Notes: a model not told the origin generated them from the letters alone. Shown: positions 19,021 through 29,147, counted from the first letter of the stretch. The stretch: DNA of 43,074 nucleotides from Patescibacteria group bacterium (GCA_038057125.1 JBBUDU010000006.1:1-43074); one strand, 5' to 3'. Made by a program: numbers and translations.

Positions 19021-21012
19021 CTATACACTTAATTTTTTTCGGCGCAATAAAAGCGCGTTCAAAGCCACAATGACGGTAGACACGCTCATGAGTACCGCGG
19101 CGGCCGCGGGCTGTAAAATAACACCCTTGAAAGCAAGGGCTCCAGCCGCAAGAGGCAGGGCCACAATATTGTATCCAGTTGCCCAGAAAAGATTTTGAAT
19201 CATCTTTGTGTATGTGAGTTGCGAGAGGCGAATGATTTTTGGAATATCTCGCGGGTCGTTTTTGACGAGAATGATTCCTGCCGACTCGATGGCGACATTC
19301 GTCCCTGCGCCGATGGCGATGCCGAGGTCTGCCTGCATGAGCGCGGGCGCATCATTCACCCCGTCCCCCACCATCGCAACTTTGTGACCTTTTGCTTGAA
19401 GCATTTTCACCTTCTCGGATTTCTCGCCGGGAAGCACACGCGCGAAATATTCGTCGATGTGAAGTTCTTTCGCGACCCACTTTGCAACATCAGGAGAATC
19501 ACCCGTAATCATCGCCGTGCGAATACCGAGTTCAAAGAGAGACTGCACTGCTTCGCGTGATTCTTCACGAATAGTATCTGCAAGCGCAATAGCGCCTACA
19601 AGATGCCCTTTTGATGCAACAAAAACAACTGTCTTACCTTGACTCTCGAGCACACGCGTTTTTGCGAGGAACTCTTCTGGTAGAACAATCGTCACCTCAT
19701 TCATAAGCGCTTCGTTCCCAACAAGCACCGTCTCCCCGCCTACATCTCCGCGCGCGCCACGGCCCGCCACACGCTCAAAACTTTTCATTGGCAAAAGGGC
19801 GACTCCGCGCTTCACTGCTTCTTTCACAATCGCTTTTGCGAGCGGATGTTCTGACCCTTGGTCAAGCCCAGCTCCTTTTTGAAGCACATCGTTTTCAGTA
19901 AATAACGATGCAGGTATAGTTGCATTAACACCAAACGCTCCAGTTGTCAGTGTTCCTGTTTTATCAAAAAGAACGATATCAATGGTGCGCGCGGACTCAA
20001 GGGTAATACGTTTTCGCACAAGAAACCCATTCTTCGCCGCCATCGTCGTGGAAATCGATGCAACTAAAGGCACAGCGAGCCCGAGCGCATGAGGACAAGC
20101 AATGACGAGTACGGCAACAAGGCGCTCGGTCGCAAACACAATGCCCGCCTCTTGAAAAATCCATATGACAAATGTTGCGGTGCCGGCCACAATCGCGACA
20201 ACGGTCAAATAGAGCGCCGCGCGGTCGGAAAGGATTTGCAACCGAGATTTGCTTGCCTCCGCCTCTCTAACCAAACGCATCACACCAGAAAGAAATGTCG
20301 TCTCGCCAATCTTTTTCACTTCTATCGTGAGGCTCCCATCACCATTGATTGACCCCGCAATTACTTCGGCGCCACTTCCTTTTGAAATAAGTTTTGATTC
20401 GCCAGTAATTATTGACTCATTAATCTCCGACCGCCCTTCTACAATGACTCCATCGGCAGGAACCTTTGCGCCGGGACGCACGAGCACATGGTCGCCCACG
20501 CGGATCTCTGAAATAGGAATTGTCTGCGTAGTGCCGTCACGCATTACATCGGCGGTATCCGGCAAAAGCTTTGCGAGCTCTTTGAGAGCACCTTGCGCGC
20601 CTTTGACTGCTTTCATCTCTATCCAGTGCCCGAGAAGCATAATGGCGATTAAGGTTGAAAGTTCCCAAAATAGTGTGTGCTCCCCTCCAGTCAAAACAAC
20701 AAAAACACTGAATGCGTAAGCCGCAGTAATCGCAAGAGAGATGAGCGTCATCATTCCGGGAAGTCTCGCCCAAAGCTCGCGATACGCGCCGAGTAAAAAC
20801 ACAGACCCTCCATAAAAAAATACAAACGAGCCAAGCGCGAGTATTACATACGGCAAACCAACAAACTGAGGCGGTTGCCACGAAAATGCGCGCGCAAAAA
20901 TTTCAGAATACAAAAGAATGGGAAAGTTGAGAACGAGAACCACCCAAAACTTCTTAAGAAAATCTTCGACATGGTGCCCGGCGTGTTTATCCGGCGTGTG
21001 ACTATGTTCCAT
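19021..21012 (-). CDS. Copper-translocating P1B-type ATPase (CopB-like, CPH motif)
   Basis: His-rich N-terminus, TGES, IACPHALG, DKTGT, SEHP, GDGVNDAP, YN, MSVS. Confidence 0.96.
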   Translation of the reverse strand: MEHSHTPDKHAGHHVEDFLKKFWVVLVLNFPILLYSEIFARAFSWQPPQFVGLPYVILALGSFVFFYGGSVFLLGAYRELWARLPGMMTLISLAITAAYAFSVFVVLTGGEHTLFWELSTLIAIMLLGHWIEMKAVKGAQGALKELAKLLPDTADVMRDGTTQTIPISEIRVGDHVLVRPGAKVPADGVIVEGRSEINESIITGESKLISKGSGAEVIAGSINGDGSLTIEVKKIGETTFLSGVMRLVREAEASKSRLQILSDRAALYLTVVAIVAGTATFVIWIFQEAGIVFATERLVAVLVIACPHALGLAVPLVASISTTMAAKNGFLVRKRITLESARTIDIVLFDKTGTLTTGAFGVNATIPASLFTENDVLQKGAGLDQGSEHPLAKAIVKEAVKRGVALLPMKSFERVAGRGARGDVGGETVLVGNEALMNEVTIVLPEEFLAKTRVLESQGKTVVFVASKGHLVGAIALADTIREESREAVQSLFELGIRTAMITGDSPDVAKWVAKELHIDEYFARVLPGEKSEKVKMLQAKGHKVAMVGDGVNDAPALMQADLGIAIGAGTNVAIESAGIILVKNDPRDIPKIIRLSQLTYTKMIQNLFWATGYNIVALPLAAGALAFKGVILQPAAAAVLMSVSTVIVALNALLLRRKKLSV

Positions 21013-21034
21013 ATTATTATTTTGTTTTCGTTAA

Positions 21035-21421
21035 TTACAAAACAGCGTCAATAGCTTTCTTCAATTTTGCTTCCGCCTCCACTGCAATCTTTGACAATGC
21101 GGGATTGTCGAGCATCCCCATCGCGGCAGTTGGAAGGATTGCCGAAACGAAAGTACTCCCGTCTTTTTCGTAGACAATAACATTGCACGGCATAAAAAGC
21201 CCTATTTCTTTTTCGGATTGCAATGCCTGGTAGGCAAACGGTGGGTTACAGGCTCCTAAAATCACATATTCACCATACTCAACACCAAGCTTCTTTTTGA
21301 GCGTTTCTTTCACATCAATCTCAGTCAATATGCCAAACCCCTCTTGCGCTAGTGCGGCAACTATTTTTTCTTTTGCCTCCTGAAACGAAAGTGCAACTTG
21401 CTTTGTGTAACCGTAGTTCAT
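21035..21421 (-). CDS. DUF302 domain protein
   Basis: GFGILTEIDV..KKLG..ILGACNP..IGLFMPCNV. Confidence 0.92.
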   Translation of the reverse strand: MNYGYTKQVALSFQEAKEKIVAALAQEGFGILTEIDVKETLKKKLGVEYGEYVILGACNPPFAYQALQSEKEIGLFMPCNVIVYEKDGSTFVSAILPTAAMGMLDNPALSKIAVEAEAKLKKAIDAVL

Positions 21422-21440
21422 AATAATTATAAATTTTTGA

Positions 21441-21875
21441 TTATTCGAAAGTGAGAATAATTTTATCTTTGTCCTTCATTTGATAATTTTCGAACTCAGT
21501 ATTTTCTACACCATTGACCGTCATTCTAATATTCGCGCCGAATGACCGCATGTCCTTACCCCATATTTCAAAAAACTTTCCGAGAAAAAGATCGTCCTGT
21601 CGTACGAGTGCGGGAAACTCCATGTGTATCACGTTTGGCTCTTCGTGAGTGTGCATTGGATTATGCTTTGCACCAAGGCCAATATTTGGTGGAGCAACAA
21701 TTTCCTTGCCATTAACATTAATAAAAAGCTCTGAATGCCAGTGTAGACCCTTTTTGCTTATAAAATTTGTGTCTTCAGTTGCACTACCAGCCTCTCTCTG
21801 TTGCAAAAAAACGCCGAGAGCAAGAATGATAACTACGACTGACGATGCGACAATGACTCCAATTTTTTTGTCCAT
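21441..21875 (-). CDS. Membrane-anchored His-motif protein, first gene of the copper cluster
   Basis: TM, then LHWH..IG..PMHTHE..VIHME..LGKFFEIWG. Start placed at MDKKIG. Confidence 0.8.
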   Translation of the reverse strand: MDKKIGVIVASSVVVIILALGVFLQQREAGSATEDTNFISKKGLHWHSELFINVNGKEIVAPPNIGLGAKHNPMHTHEEPNVIHMEFPALVRQDDLFLGKFFEIWGKDMRSFGANIRMTVNGVENTEFENYQMKDKDKIILTFE

Positions 21876-21896
21876 AATACCAACAGTATATACCAC

Positions 21897-22748
21897 TTAC
21901 TTTCGTGCTTCAAGCGCGCGCATGAGCTCTGCGATAACATGATCATCTTTGTAGTCACTGATATCCATTCCGCGCTTCTCTCGTAAAACAGAAGCAAATA
22001 CTGAAATATCCGCATCGTAAATCTCCGCAAGGTCGTGCATCTTGAGGCTTTCCGCATAATCACGAAATGTTTTTAGTTGCGCCATTATCTGTTTCAGGAC
22101 CACGAGCTGAATTGGATTTTCGCCGAGCTTTCGTTTTTCCTCGCGAAGCCACTGCCCTGCAAGCTCAATCACATGCCTCCTTTCCACTCCCACAATAATA
22201 TGAGGCATGCTGGAAAGCTCACCCTTAAACTGAGCATAGCCCGGGTCCATAAAATACCGCACGGTGCCAAGCTGACCTTTTTCAATTTCTCCAAAAACAC
22301 GAGTCATTTTCTTTTCAACACTGTTACGCCCAAAAGTAACATCAATGCCCATGCCGACATACGGAAACGCGCGAGGAGAATCATTTAAACGCACTAGTAC
22401 ATCCATGCCATTTTTAATGTCATCGAATTCTGAAGTCATAATGGTGTGCGTGTTCTCACCGAGCCAGTTGCTCATCTCTGCATTTTCGTAAAATACCGCT
22501 TCAAAAACATCTGCGTATTTTTTGTGTGCCTCGTCTTCGGACCCAAACTTTGCTTTCATAGAGCGCACATATTCAAGATCTCTAGCGACAGCATCGTGCC
22601 CATAAACACTCTCAAAGACGGTAGGGTCTATCGCTTCCTCTTTTTTTACTTCGCGAGCTTTTGTCGCCGCCTCTGCTATGAGTGGGTGCAAGTACTCCGG
22701 ATTCTGCAAAGAGCGTTCCGTCGCATGTTCAGGGCTTTCGAATTTCAT
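21897..22748 (-). CDS. Hypothetical soluble protein
   Basis: Long ORF starting MKFESPE; acidic motif SEFDDIKNGMDVLV..GIDVT. Confidence 0.8.
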   Translation of the reverse strand: MKFESPEHATERSLQNPEYLHPLIAEAATKAREVKKEEAIDPTVFESVYGHDAVARDLEYVRSMKAKFGSEDEAHKKYADVFEAVFYENAEMSNWLGENTHTIMTSEFDDIKNGMDVLVRLNDSPRAFPYVGMGIDVTFGRNSVEKKMTRVFGEIEKGQLGTVRYFMDPGYAQFKGELSSMPHIIVGVERRHVIELAGQWLREEKRKLGENPIQLVVLKQIMAQLKTFRDYAESLKMHDLAEIYDADISVFASVLREKRGMDISDYKDDHVIAELMRALEARK

Positions 22749-22798
22749 GGGTACATTATACTGCGATTCCAAAAGCACCACAAATGTGGTGGTGTTGC

Positions 22799-24469
22799 CT
22801 ACTTGCCGTCATTTTTAGATATATGCCCGAGAAGTGCACGAGCGAGACGGATATGAAGAAACGACACATTCGGGCCAACTTTGTTTTTAATAGGTGTCAA
22901 AAGTAAAACCTTCCCATCTTTCAAAAGCTCCTCTATTGCTTTTTCTATTTTCAAAAAATGCGGACGAGGAATTTCGTATTTCAAATATTCCATATTCACG
23001 CGTGACTCTTCTTCAATAAGTTTTTCTATATGCGAAACGATAGTTTCGGCAGTCATCTCGCGCGTCGTCGCGATATCTGCCAAACTTTTTTTGTCAGCAA
23101 TAAGGAGCGCGGTTGCCTCGTGTGTCGCAAGCTTCTTTTCCTTTTGTGGCGGTTTTGAGCGTGCAAGAAATTCTTCCTGCGCCTTTGCAAGGTCTTTTTT
23201 GTCCATCTTTTTTAATTCCTCCTGCGCCTCCATAGAAACTTGCTGAAAGGTTTCATCAAGTTCGCGCACTTCGTCATGAACCCGAAGCGCTGTGTCATTC
23301 ATTCCTAAAATAGTCAGGCCCTCGAGTGAGCGTACGCGAGAGAGCGCCACATATCCCATTCCCGGCTCAAATGATTTTGATAGGTCCACTTCTACCGCGT
23401 CGAGACTCATTCCTTGACTCTTGTGCACCGTAATAGCCCATGCGAGGCGGAGCGGATACTGCAAAATTTCCGCTTTCACTTTTCCGTCTTCTTCAATCTT
23501 CCACGATGCGCGCGGAATGACTATCTTTTTCCCCGTAACAGTGCGAATAACGGGATCCTCCATTTCACTGCATGACACTACCACGCCGAGCGTGCCATTC
23601 ACATATCCCGCTTCAAAATTATTCTTTACGCACATCACGCGCGCGCCCGGTTTGAGACGAAGTACTTCTGGCGCGAGGCAGGATTTCTTGAGCGTAGCAG
23701 CAATCGCCTCTTTGCCGCGGCTTCCCATCATGTAACTCGTTATCTCATCTCCTTCGATTCTGTCGAGCTCTGTGTCGTTCAATACATCCACATCGGCATT
23801 GTGCGTAAAAAGTTTTGTTGAGGTGGAGAATTTTGGCGAACGCACATTATACCGAGAGCGAAGATGCCCGCGCGCTTGTGCCGAAACCTCTCCAGAACGA
23901 ATTTCGTTCAATATGGAAATCGCCGCATCATCCTGTTGGCGAAATTGCTCGGATAAATAGCAAATAGTAAAACCTGCTTCACGCCACGCGTCGCTCGTGT
24001 ACACAAACTGCGCGGCAGGCTCACCAAAACGCGCAATCGGCGGCAGTTGAAAAAAATCTCCACATAAAATAACTTGGATTCCACCAAACGGCTTATCACC
24101 GCGCTTCATTGTTTTGAGAACGCGATTCACAAGGTCTAGACGAAAATGATGCAGCATCGAGATTTCATCTATAATGAGTACTTTCACTTTTTCAAATCTC
24201 TTATATAGATATCCTTTCTCAAGCATCGCCTCGAGGTCGTACGGTGAGAGGTGCGCTGCTATGCCAATCCCCGCCCACGAATGAATAGTCACCCCACCCA
24301 TATGTGTTGCCGCAATGCCCGTCGATGCTGTAATGCCGATGTCGATGTCGTGCTCACGCAAATACGCGATATAGCGATTTACGAGGTGTGTTTTCCCGCT
24401 TCCTGCAGGTCCGGTCACAAAAACATTGCGCCCTGTCTTTAATATTTCTAATGCTTCGTCTTGGGTCAT
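22799..24469 (-). CDS. PIF1/RecD-like SF1B DNA helicase with a C-terminal HTH
   Basis: GPAGSGKT, DEISM, GDFFQLPP, QYPLRLAWAITVHKSQG, YVALSR; C-terminal SLADIA..TIVSHI HTH. Confidence 0.93.
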   Translation of the reverse strand: MTQDEALEILKTGRNVFVTGPAGSGKTHLVNRYIAYLREHDIDIGITASTGIAATHMGGVTIHSWAGIGIAAHLSPYDLEAMLEKGYLYKRFEKVKVLIIDEISMLHHFRLDLVNRVLKTMKRGDKPFGGIQVILCGDFFQLPPIARFGEPAAQFVYTSDAWREAGFTICYLSEQFRQQDDAAISILNEIRSGEVSAQARGHLRSRYNVRSPKFSTSTKLFTHNADVDVLNDTELDRIEGDEITSYMMGSRGKEAIAATLKKSCLAPEVLRLKPGARVMCVKNNFEAGYVNGTLGVVVSCSEMEDPVIRTVTGKKIVIPRASWKIEEDGKVKAEILQYPLRLAWAITVHKSQGMSLDAVEVDLSKSFEPGMGYVALSRVRSLEGLTILGMNDTALRVHDEVRELDETFQQVSMEAQEELKKMDKKDLAKAQEEFLARSKPPQKEKKLATHEATALLIADKKSLADIATTREMTAETIVSHIEKLIEEESRVNMEYLKYEIPRPHFLKIEKAIEELLKDGKVLLLTPIKNKVGPNVSFLHIRLARALLGHISKNDGK

Positions 24470-24490
24470 TGTGCGCTTATTCTAGCACAC

Positions 24491-24519
24491 AAAAAGCCCG
24501 CACAAAGTGCGGGCTTTTT
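24491..24519 (-). terminator. Intrinsic terminator after the FN3 protein gene
   Basis: AAAAAGCCCGCAC-aaa-GTGCGGGCTTTTT. Confidence 0.88.
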
Positions 24520-24542
24520 GCCATAAATTCTTCCAACAAGCG

Positions 24543-25523
24543 TTAATTCGTAGTTACAAATGACGCACTTGATGTTGCTGTGTTACTTGCCGCATCTTTT
24601 GCCTCAAAAAGAAGATTGTATGTTGTACTTGCAACTAAACCAAACAGGTTAAATACGTGAGTGAAACCTGTCGTTGTGCTCGCAAAAAGTGTAGTTGGTG
24701 TGCTTGTACCATACCACAATTTCCCCGTTGCGAACTCATTTGTATTCCACGATACCGTTGCTGTCGTGCTTGCTACCGGAGAAATGACAATGCTCGAAAT
24801 AGTCGGAGCGATTGTGTCAGCCACAGCGGGAGTTACAAAACTCTGTTGTGTAGAAGTTGAAACATTTCCTGCAATGTCAGCAGATTTTACTACATAGTAG
24901 TACGTTGTGCTTGCAGTCAAACCAGTGATGTTGAGTGAGCGAACTGTTGAAAGCGTACTTGTGCCTACGGTTGTTGCTGTGGACAAATTCACTGGTGTGC
25001 TTGTGCTAAAGTAAACATTTCCATTTGCGGGTTCATTGGTAGTCCAAGAGATCTTTGCAGATGTTGGGGCTACAAAAGAAGCGCTTATACCGGAGATGAC
25101 AGGTGCAATAATATCTGGTGTTGTCGTGCCTGTCCCAAGAATATTTCTCAATCTCTTTGCAATATTGCCGGGCAATTTCACGCAATCTTCACCAAGATAA
25201 TTTGAGCTGTTATTGTGCTTGTAGGCATCTACTGGAACAACATTCCATCCGGTTGCGGTCACACAGAAAAAGTAGTTTATTTTTTTTGCCTTATTTTCTT
25301 TCTTCTCCTCCTTATGCTCTCTTTTTTCTTTCTTCCGTTCTTCCTTCCATTCTTTTCTTTCTTCCTTATGTTCTTCCTTTTTTTCTTTCTTCTCGTACTT
25401 ATGAACCGTCTGGGCATATTTGTGAGAATCATTCTCCCATTTTCGCTCGGACTTGTTGTCAGCGAAAGCGAGTGACGGAGTAATAATAGAAGCGAGCAAA
25501 ATTATCATTAAAAGTTTTTTCAT
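24543..25523 (-). CDS. Secreted protein with a K/E-rich segment and two FN3-like domains
   Basis: Signal peptide (AFA-D); two repeats D..AP.IS..A..SW.TNE..GL.ASTTY. Confidence 0.88.
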   Translation of the reverse strand: MKKLLMIILLASIITPSLAFADNKSERKWENDSHKYAQTVHKYEKKEKKEEHKEERKEWKEERKKEKREHKEEKKENKAKKINYFFCVTATGWNVVPVDAYKHNNSSNYLGEDCVKLPGNIAKRLRNILGTGTTTPDIIAPVISGISASFVAPTSAKISWTTNEPANGNVYFSTSTPVNLSTATTVGTSTLSTVRSLNITGLTASTTYYYVVKSADIAGNVSTSTQQSFVTPAVADTIAPTISSIVISPVASTTATVSWNTNEFATGKLWYGTSTPTTLFASTTTGFTHVFNLFGLVASTTYNLLFEAKDAASNTATSSASFVTTN

Positions 25524-25574
25524 ATGTAGGATGTTGTATTAAGTGAGGGAATTAGTTTAGCCCCATAAAAATAC

Positions 25575-25601
25575 AGACGCCGTCCTACGCAAAATCTTAC
25601 A
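25575..25601 (-). promoter_or_regulatory. Putative ECF promoter TGTAAGA-N15-CGTCT
   Basis: Same motif and spacing as 7133-7159; 51 nt upstream of the ATG. Confidence 0.7.
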
Positions 25602-25604
25602 CGC

Positions 25605-26222
25605 TTAATTAATCACCTCTAAAAGAACTGTGTAGATACGATCAGCAATCATTTTATAGCCGATATTGTTGGGATGTATGATATCTGACATATATTGCGT
25701 ATTTCCAAAAAGTCCGTAAAGTACATCGGGAACAAATGCTGTATTATATGTGCCCCTTAGATTTTCAAACTCCGTATCAAAACGGTCGTTAAAAAGCCCG
25801 CCTCTCACTCCGAGTAGCACCACAACCGCTCCGCGCGCCTGTATATTTTCAATAAGAACTGCGAGATTTTTATGCGTATCGGTAATCGGTATTTTTTTCA
25901 AGTGGTCATTACCGCCAAAGAGAAGCAGTACTACTTTTGGATTATAGCTGTCAAGCAAACTGATACGAGCAACTCCATCCACTGTTGTGTCACCTGCGCG
26001 ACCTAAGTTGATAATCGGCTGTCCGATTTTTTTAGACAGAAGCGACACAAAATCGCCCCCGCTTGTAGAACCAACTCCCTCCACAAGGCTATCCCCAAAA
26101 GCAATGATGTCTGTACCTTTTGACGGATAGTTCGTAATCGGCGCTGTACGAGAAAAATAAAAAATGCCAAGAAAAATTACGGCGACTGAAAGAATACTAA
26201 AAATAATTATTCTATATTCCAT
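25605..26222 (-). CDS. Membrane-anchored SGNH/GDSL arylesterase
   Basis: AFGDSL, GDTT, GGND, DIIHPN blocks. Confidence 0.93.
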   Translation of the reverse strand: MEYRIIIFSILSVAVIFLGIFYFSRTAPITNYPSKGTDIIAFGDSLVEGVGSTSGGDFVSLLSKKIGQPIINLGRAGDTTVDGVARISLLDSYNPKVVLLLFGGNDHLKKIPITDTHKNLAVLIENIQARGAVVVLLGVRGGLFNDRFDTEFENLRGTYNTAFVPDVLYGLFGNTQYMSDIIHPNNIGYKMIADRIYTVLLEVIN

Positions 26223-26226
26223 TGTT

Positions 26227-26835
26227 TTATTTTTTCCACTCCTTTATTCGAGAAGCGGCGCGCTCGACTGGGTGCGCTTTGCGAATGTGGGGCTTGTTCT
26301 TTTTTGGGACCACCGCAATATGTGGCATGTCAAAAATTGTCTCTGCAATATCCCACAAATCTTCTTTAGCATTGACCCATTTTGTGCCAAAGCGCTTCAT
26401 GTTTATCGGACGAGAATATCCTAGCATCGTTTTTTTGCCGTCGCCAAGAAAATACTCATGAAAATATGAAAGGGCGAGTTCGCGCGTTGTAAAGTAGACT
26501 GGGTCACGGAAACGAAGCACCGCATGATTTGTTTTACTTATCGCACCCCAATATCCATTCTTTTTATAAAGTGCAACAATGTGGTCCTCATCTCCACGCG
26601 AAACTTTAAAATTCATAATGAGCGGTTTTTCTCCGGAGAGCCAGAGAGCGGCGGCGGCAAACATCGCGCCTTCGATGCAGTGCGCTTTCTTTTCTTTTAG
26701 AACGCGCGACGGCGACATGCAAGTCTCACCATTTTTTTCGTGATTTTGCGGAAGTTTATCCAAAAAATCTTGAATCTTGTGCGGAGTATTCAAGCGGGAA
26801 AGTATTTTGCGGTCAGCAGAAGTAAGTGGCGGCAT
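26227..26835 (-). CDS. Hypothetical protein, possible transglutaminase/papain-like fold
   Basis: SPSRVL..AHCIEGAMFAAAAL..DEDHIVAL..WGAISK; candidate Cys and His catalytic residues. Confidence 0.8.
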   Translation of the reverse strand: MPPLTSADRKILSRLNTPHKIQDFLDKLPQNHEKNGETCMSPSRVLKEKKAHCIEGAMFAAAALWLSGEKPLIMNFKVSRGDEDHIVALYKKNGYWGAISKTNHAVLRFRDPVYFTTRELALSYFHEYFLGDGKKTMLGYSRPINMKRFGTKWVNAKEDLWDIAETIFDMPHIAVVPKKNKPHIRKAHPVERAASRIKEWKK

Positions 26836-26895
26836 TCATTCATTTTACCACAGCAAGTCTTTTAATTTAGTCAAATTTAAGATAGGCTCTACATT

Positions 26896-27909
26896 ATGAA
26901 CAATGATCTACTCAAGCTGGCAACAAAAAATGTCGACGACATAATAAACATTGCCATAGGGCACAAGCCGTCTGAAAGAGCGCTCGTGGTATACGACATG
27001 CGTTATGAACTTACCAATATTTTGACTGAGGCGTATCGCACGGTTTTACCTAATGCGCGGTTTGTGGATTTTGATACAGTAAGCAAAGAAGAGGTCATAT
27101 CCACTTTTGATGAAATGCATCCAAATGACTTGGTCGTGCTTATTCAGTCATCCAATTTTCTTTTAGATGCATTTCGTATTCGCCTCCACCTTTTTAACAA
27201 AAAATTAAAAGTTATCGAACATCTGCATTTGCATCGCAACACCGAAGACGTGTGGGATGTGTATGTAAACGCGCTTGAGTACGATATAGCGTGGTATCGC
27301 TCCATCGGGCCAAAGCTCAAGGCAAAACTTGAAGATACAAAAGAGCTTCGGATTGAGTCGGGCGATGCCGTACTCACTGTCACAGGCGGAGTTGAATCTC
27401 CAAAGCTAAACATCGGCGACTACACGGATATGGAAAATATTGGCGGAACCTTCCCTATCGGCGAAGTGTTCACGGAGGCAAAAGACTTTGCCAAAATGAA
27501 CGGGTCATTTATGTGCTATGGGTACGCAGACACAGCAGCCTTCACTATCGGTATGCATAAGCCATTTCGCGTGGACGTGAAAGAGGGTTTAATCGTGAGC
27601 TGGCAAGACGACGCACCCGAATCTTTTGGGAAGATCATTGAAAAGATCGAGGAGTTTGAACGACCAATCGTTCGCGAAATTGGTTTTGGACTGAACCGCG
27701 CCATCACACGTCTGCGATATATGCAGGACATCACTGCCTTTGAGCGCATACTCGGACTACACTTTTCTCTCGGAGAAAAACACAGTGTCTATAAAAAAGA
27801 AGGCATCACAGCCCACAAGGCAAAGTTTCATGTCGATGTATTCCCCGTAGTCGACCGTGTGCTCGCCGATGGTGAAGTGATTTTTGAGAATGGGAAGTAT
27901 ATCGTTTAA
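26896..27909 (+). CDS. M29-like (thermophilic metalloprotease-type) aminopeptidase
   Basis: FPIGEVF, REIGFGLN, FER..GLHFSLG, FHVD, IFENG; overlaps the convergent cyoE 3' end by 4 nt. Confidence 0.8.
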   Translation: MNNDLLKLATKNVDDIINIAIGHKPSERALVVYDMRYELTNILTEAYRTVLPNARFVDFDTVSKEEVISTFDEMHPNDLVVLIQSSNFLLDAFRIRLHLFNKKLKVIEHLHLHRNTEDVWDVYVNALEYDIAWYRSIGPKLKAKLEDTKELRIESGDAVLTVTGGVESPKLNIGDYTDMENIGGTFPIGEVFTEAKDFAKMNGSFMCYGYADTAAFTIGMHKPFRVDVKEGLIVSWQDDAPESFGKIIEKIEEFERPIVREIGFGLNRAITRLRYMQDITAFERILGLHFSLGEKHSVYKKEGITAHKAKFHVDVFPVVDRVLADGEVIFENGKYIV

Positions 27910-28760
27910 ACAAATCCTTCAACTGCGATTATAATACAAAATGCCACAAGGATTATGATTGAGTAAATAAACATATTGCGCGCCCAGAGTTTGTTGTCAG
28001 TTGCATAGAAACCTTTCACACCAAGCGCGAGCCACACAAAACCAAGCAAGGCCATTACTAAAAGATATGCATATCCTGCGTACCCAAACACAGCGAGCGA
28101 GAATGTTGCCATTACGAAAAGAGCAACGTAAATAAGCATCTGTATCTTTGTGGTAGCGATTCCTTTTTTTACTGGAAGCACTGGGATTCCAGCCTTTGCA
28201 TAATCCTCGAGCCGATAGATGGCAATCGCGAAAGAATGTGGCATCTGCCATATGGCGAGAATGAAAAATAAAATAATTGCACCCGCATCAATGTTGTTGC
28301 TTACCGCCAAGTAGCCTACAACGGGCGGGACTGCTCCGGAAATACTTCCGACAATAGTGCCGTGCACTGAAGTGCGTTTGAGCCACATACTATACAAAAC
28401 GACATACACAAAAAGGCCAACGACAGACACGGCAACCGTTAAAAGATTTGTATAAAAAGCTAAAATACTAAGACCTGCTATTGCGAGAATCTTGCCAAAG
28501 ATAAGCGCGTTTCTTGGTGTGACAGATCCATTCACTAATGCACGATTTTTCGTGCGCTCCATCAGGCCATCAATATCGCGGTCAAAATAGTTGTTCAATA
28601 CACATCCAGACGCAACAACAAGAGAAAGACCTATAAGCGTTGCAAGCAAAATAAACCAATCAATATTACCTCTTGATGCAAGCGCAAAACCCGCGGCAAC
28701 GGTAATCGCATTGCCATATATAATTCCGGGCTTTGTAATCGAGTAGTAGTCTTTAATCAA
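27906..28760 (-). CDS. cyoE: Protoheme IX farnesyltransferase (heme O synthase)
   Basis: TTG start; TKPGI, NNYFDRDID.LMERT.NR, GAVPP..GY, WQMPH, DY.KAGIP.LPV. Confidence 0.96.
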   Translation of the reverse strand: MIKDYYSITKPGIIYGNAITVAAGFALASRGNIDWFILLATLIGLSLVVASGCVLNNYFDRDIDGLMERTKNRALVNGSVTPRNALIFGKILAIAGLSILAFYTNLLTVAVSVVGLFVYVVLYSMWLKRTSVHGTIVGSISGAVPPVVGYLAVSNNIDAGAIILFFILAIWQMPHSFAIAIYRLEDYAKAGIPVLPVKKGIATTKIQMLIYVALFVMATFSLAVFGYAGYAYLLVMALLGFVWLALGVKGFYATDNKLWARNMFIYSIIILVAFCIIIAVEGFV

Positions 28761-28766
28761 ATTAGC

Positions 28767-29144
28767 CTACTGCGGTATGTGACCTTCATTTGTCTTAGAC
28801 GGAGAAGTATCGGTCATATTATAATTTAAATTATACATAATCCATAAAGATCCTATTACCAAGAAGGAGACGACAAAAATAGTAAAAGCGAATACGACCA
28901 TGTTCCAAAGAGGTTTGGATTTTTTGCTTAAATGAAGAAAAAATACGACCTGCGCCAAAAGTTGGGCGACGGCAAACAAAACCACGGCCCAAATTAAACT
29001 CTGGTTGCCAAGCATATGCTTTGCCACGATGAAATACGGAATGAGCGTGAGAATAATCGACAACACAAATCCAGTAACATATGACCTCAAGGCCAAGCGA
29101 CCCGCTTCGTACTGCTCATCAATTACTTTAAAATCGTTTGTCAT
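28767..29144 (-). CDS. cyoD: Cytochrome bo3 ubiquinol oxidase subunit IV
   Basis: SYVTGFVLSIILTLIPY, Q..FFLHL, GSLWIMYNLNYNM. Confidence 0.95.
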   Translation of the reverse strand: MTNDFKVIDEQYEAGRLALRSYVTGFVLSIILTLIPYFIVAKHMLGNQSLIWAVVLFAVAQLLAQVVFFLHLSKKSKPLWNMVVFAFTIFVVSFLVIGSLWIMYNLNYNMTDTSPSKTNEGHIPQ

Positions 29145-29147
29145 GTT

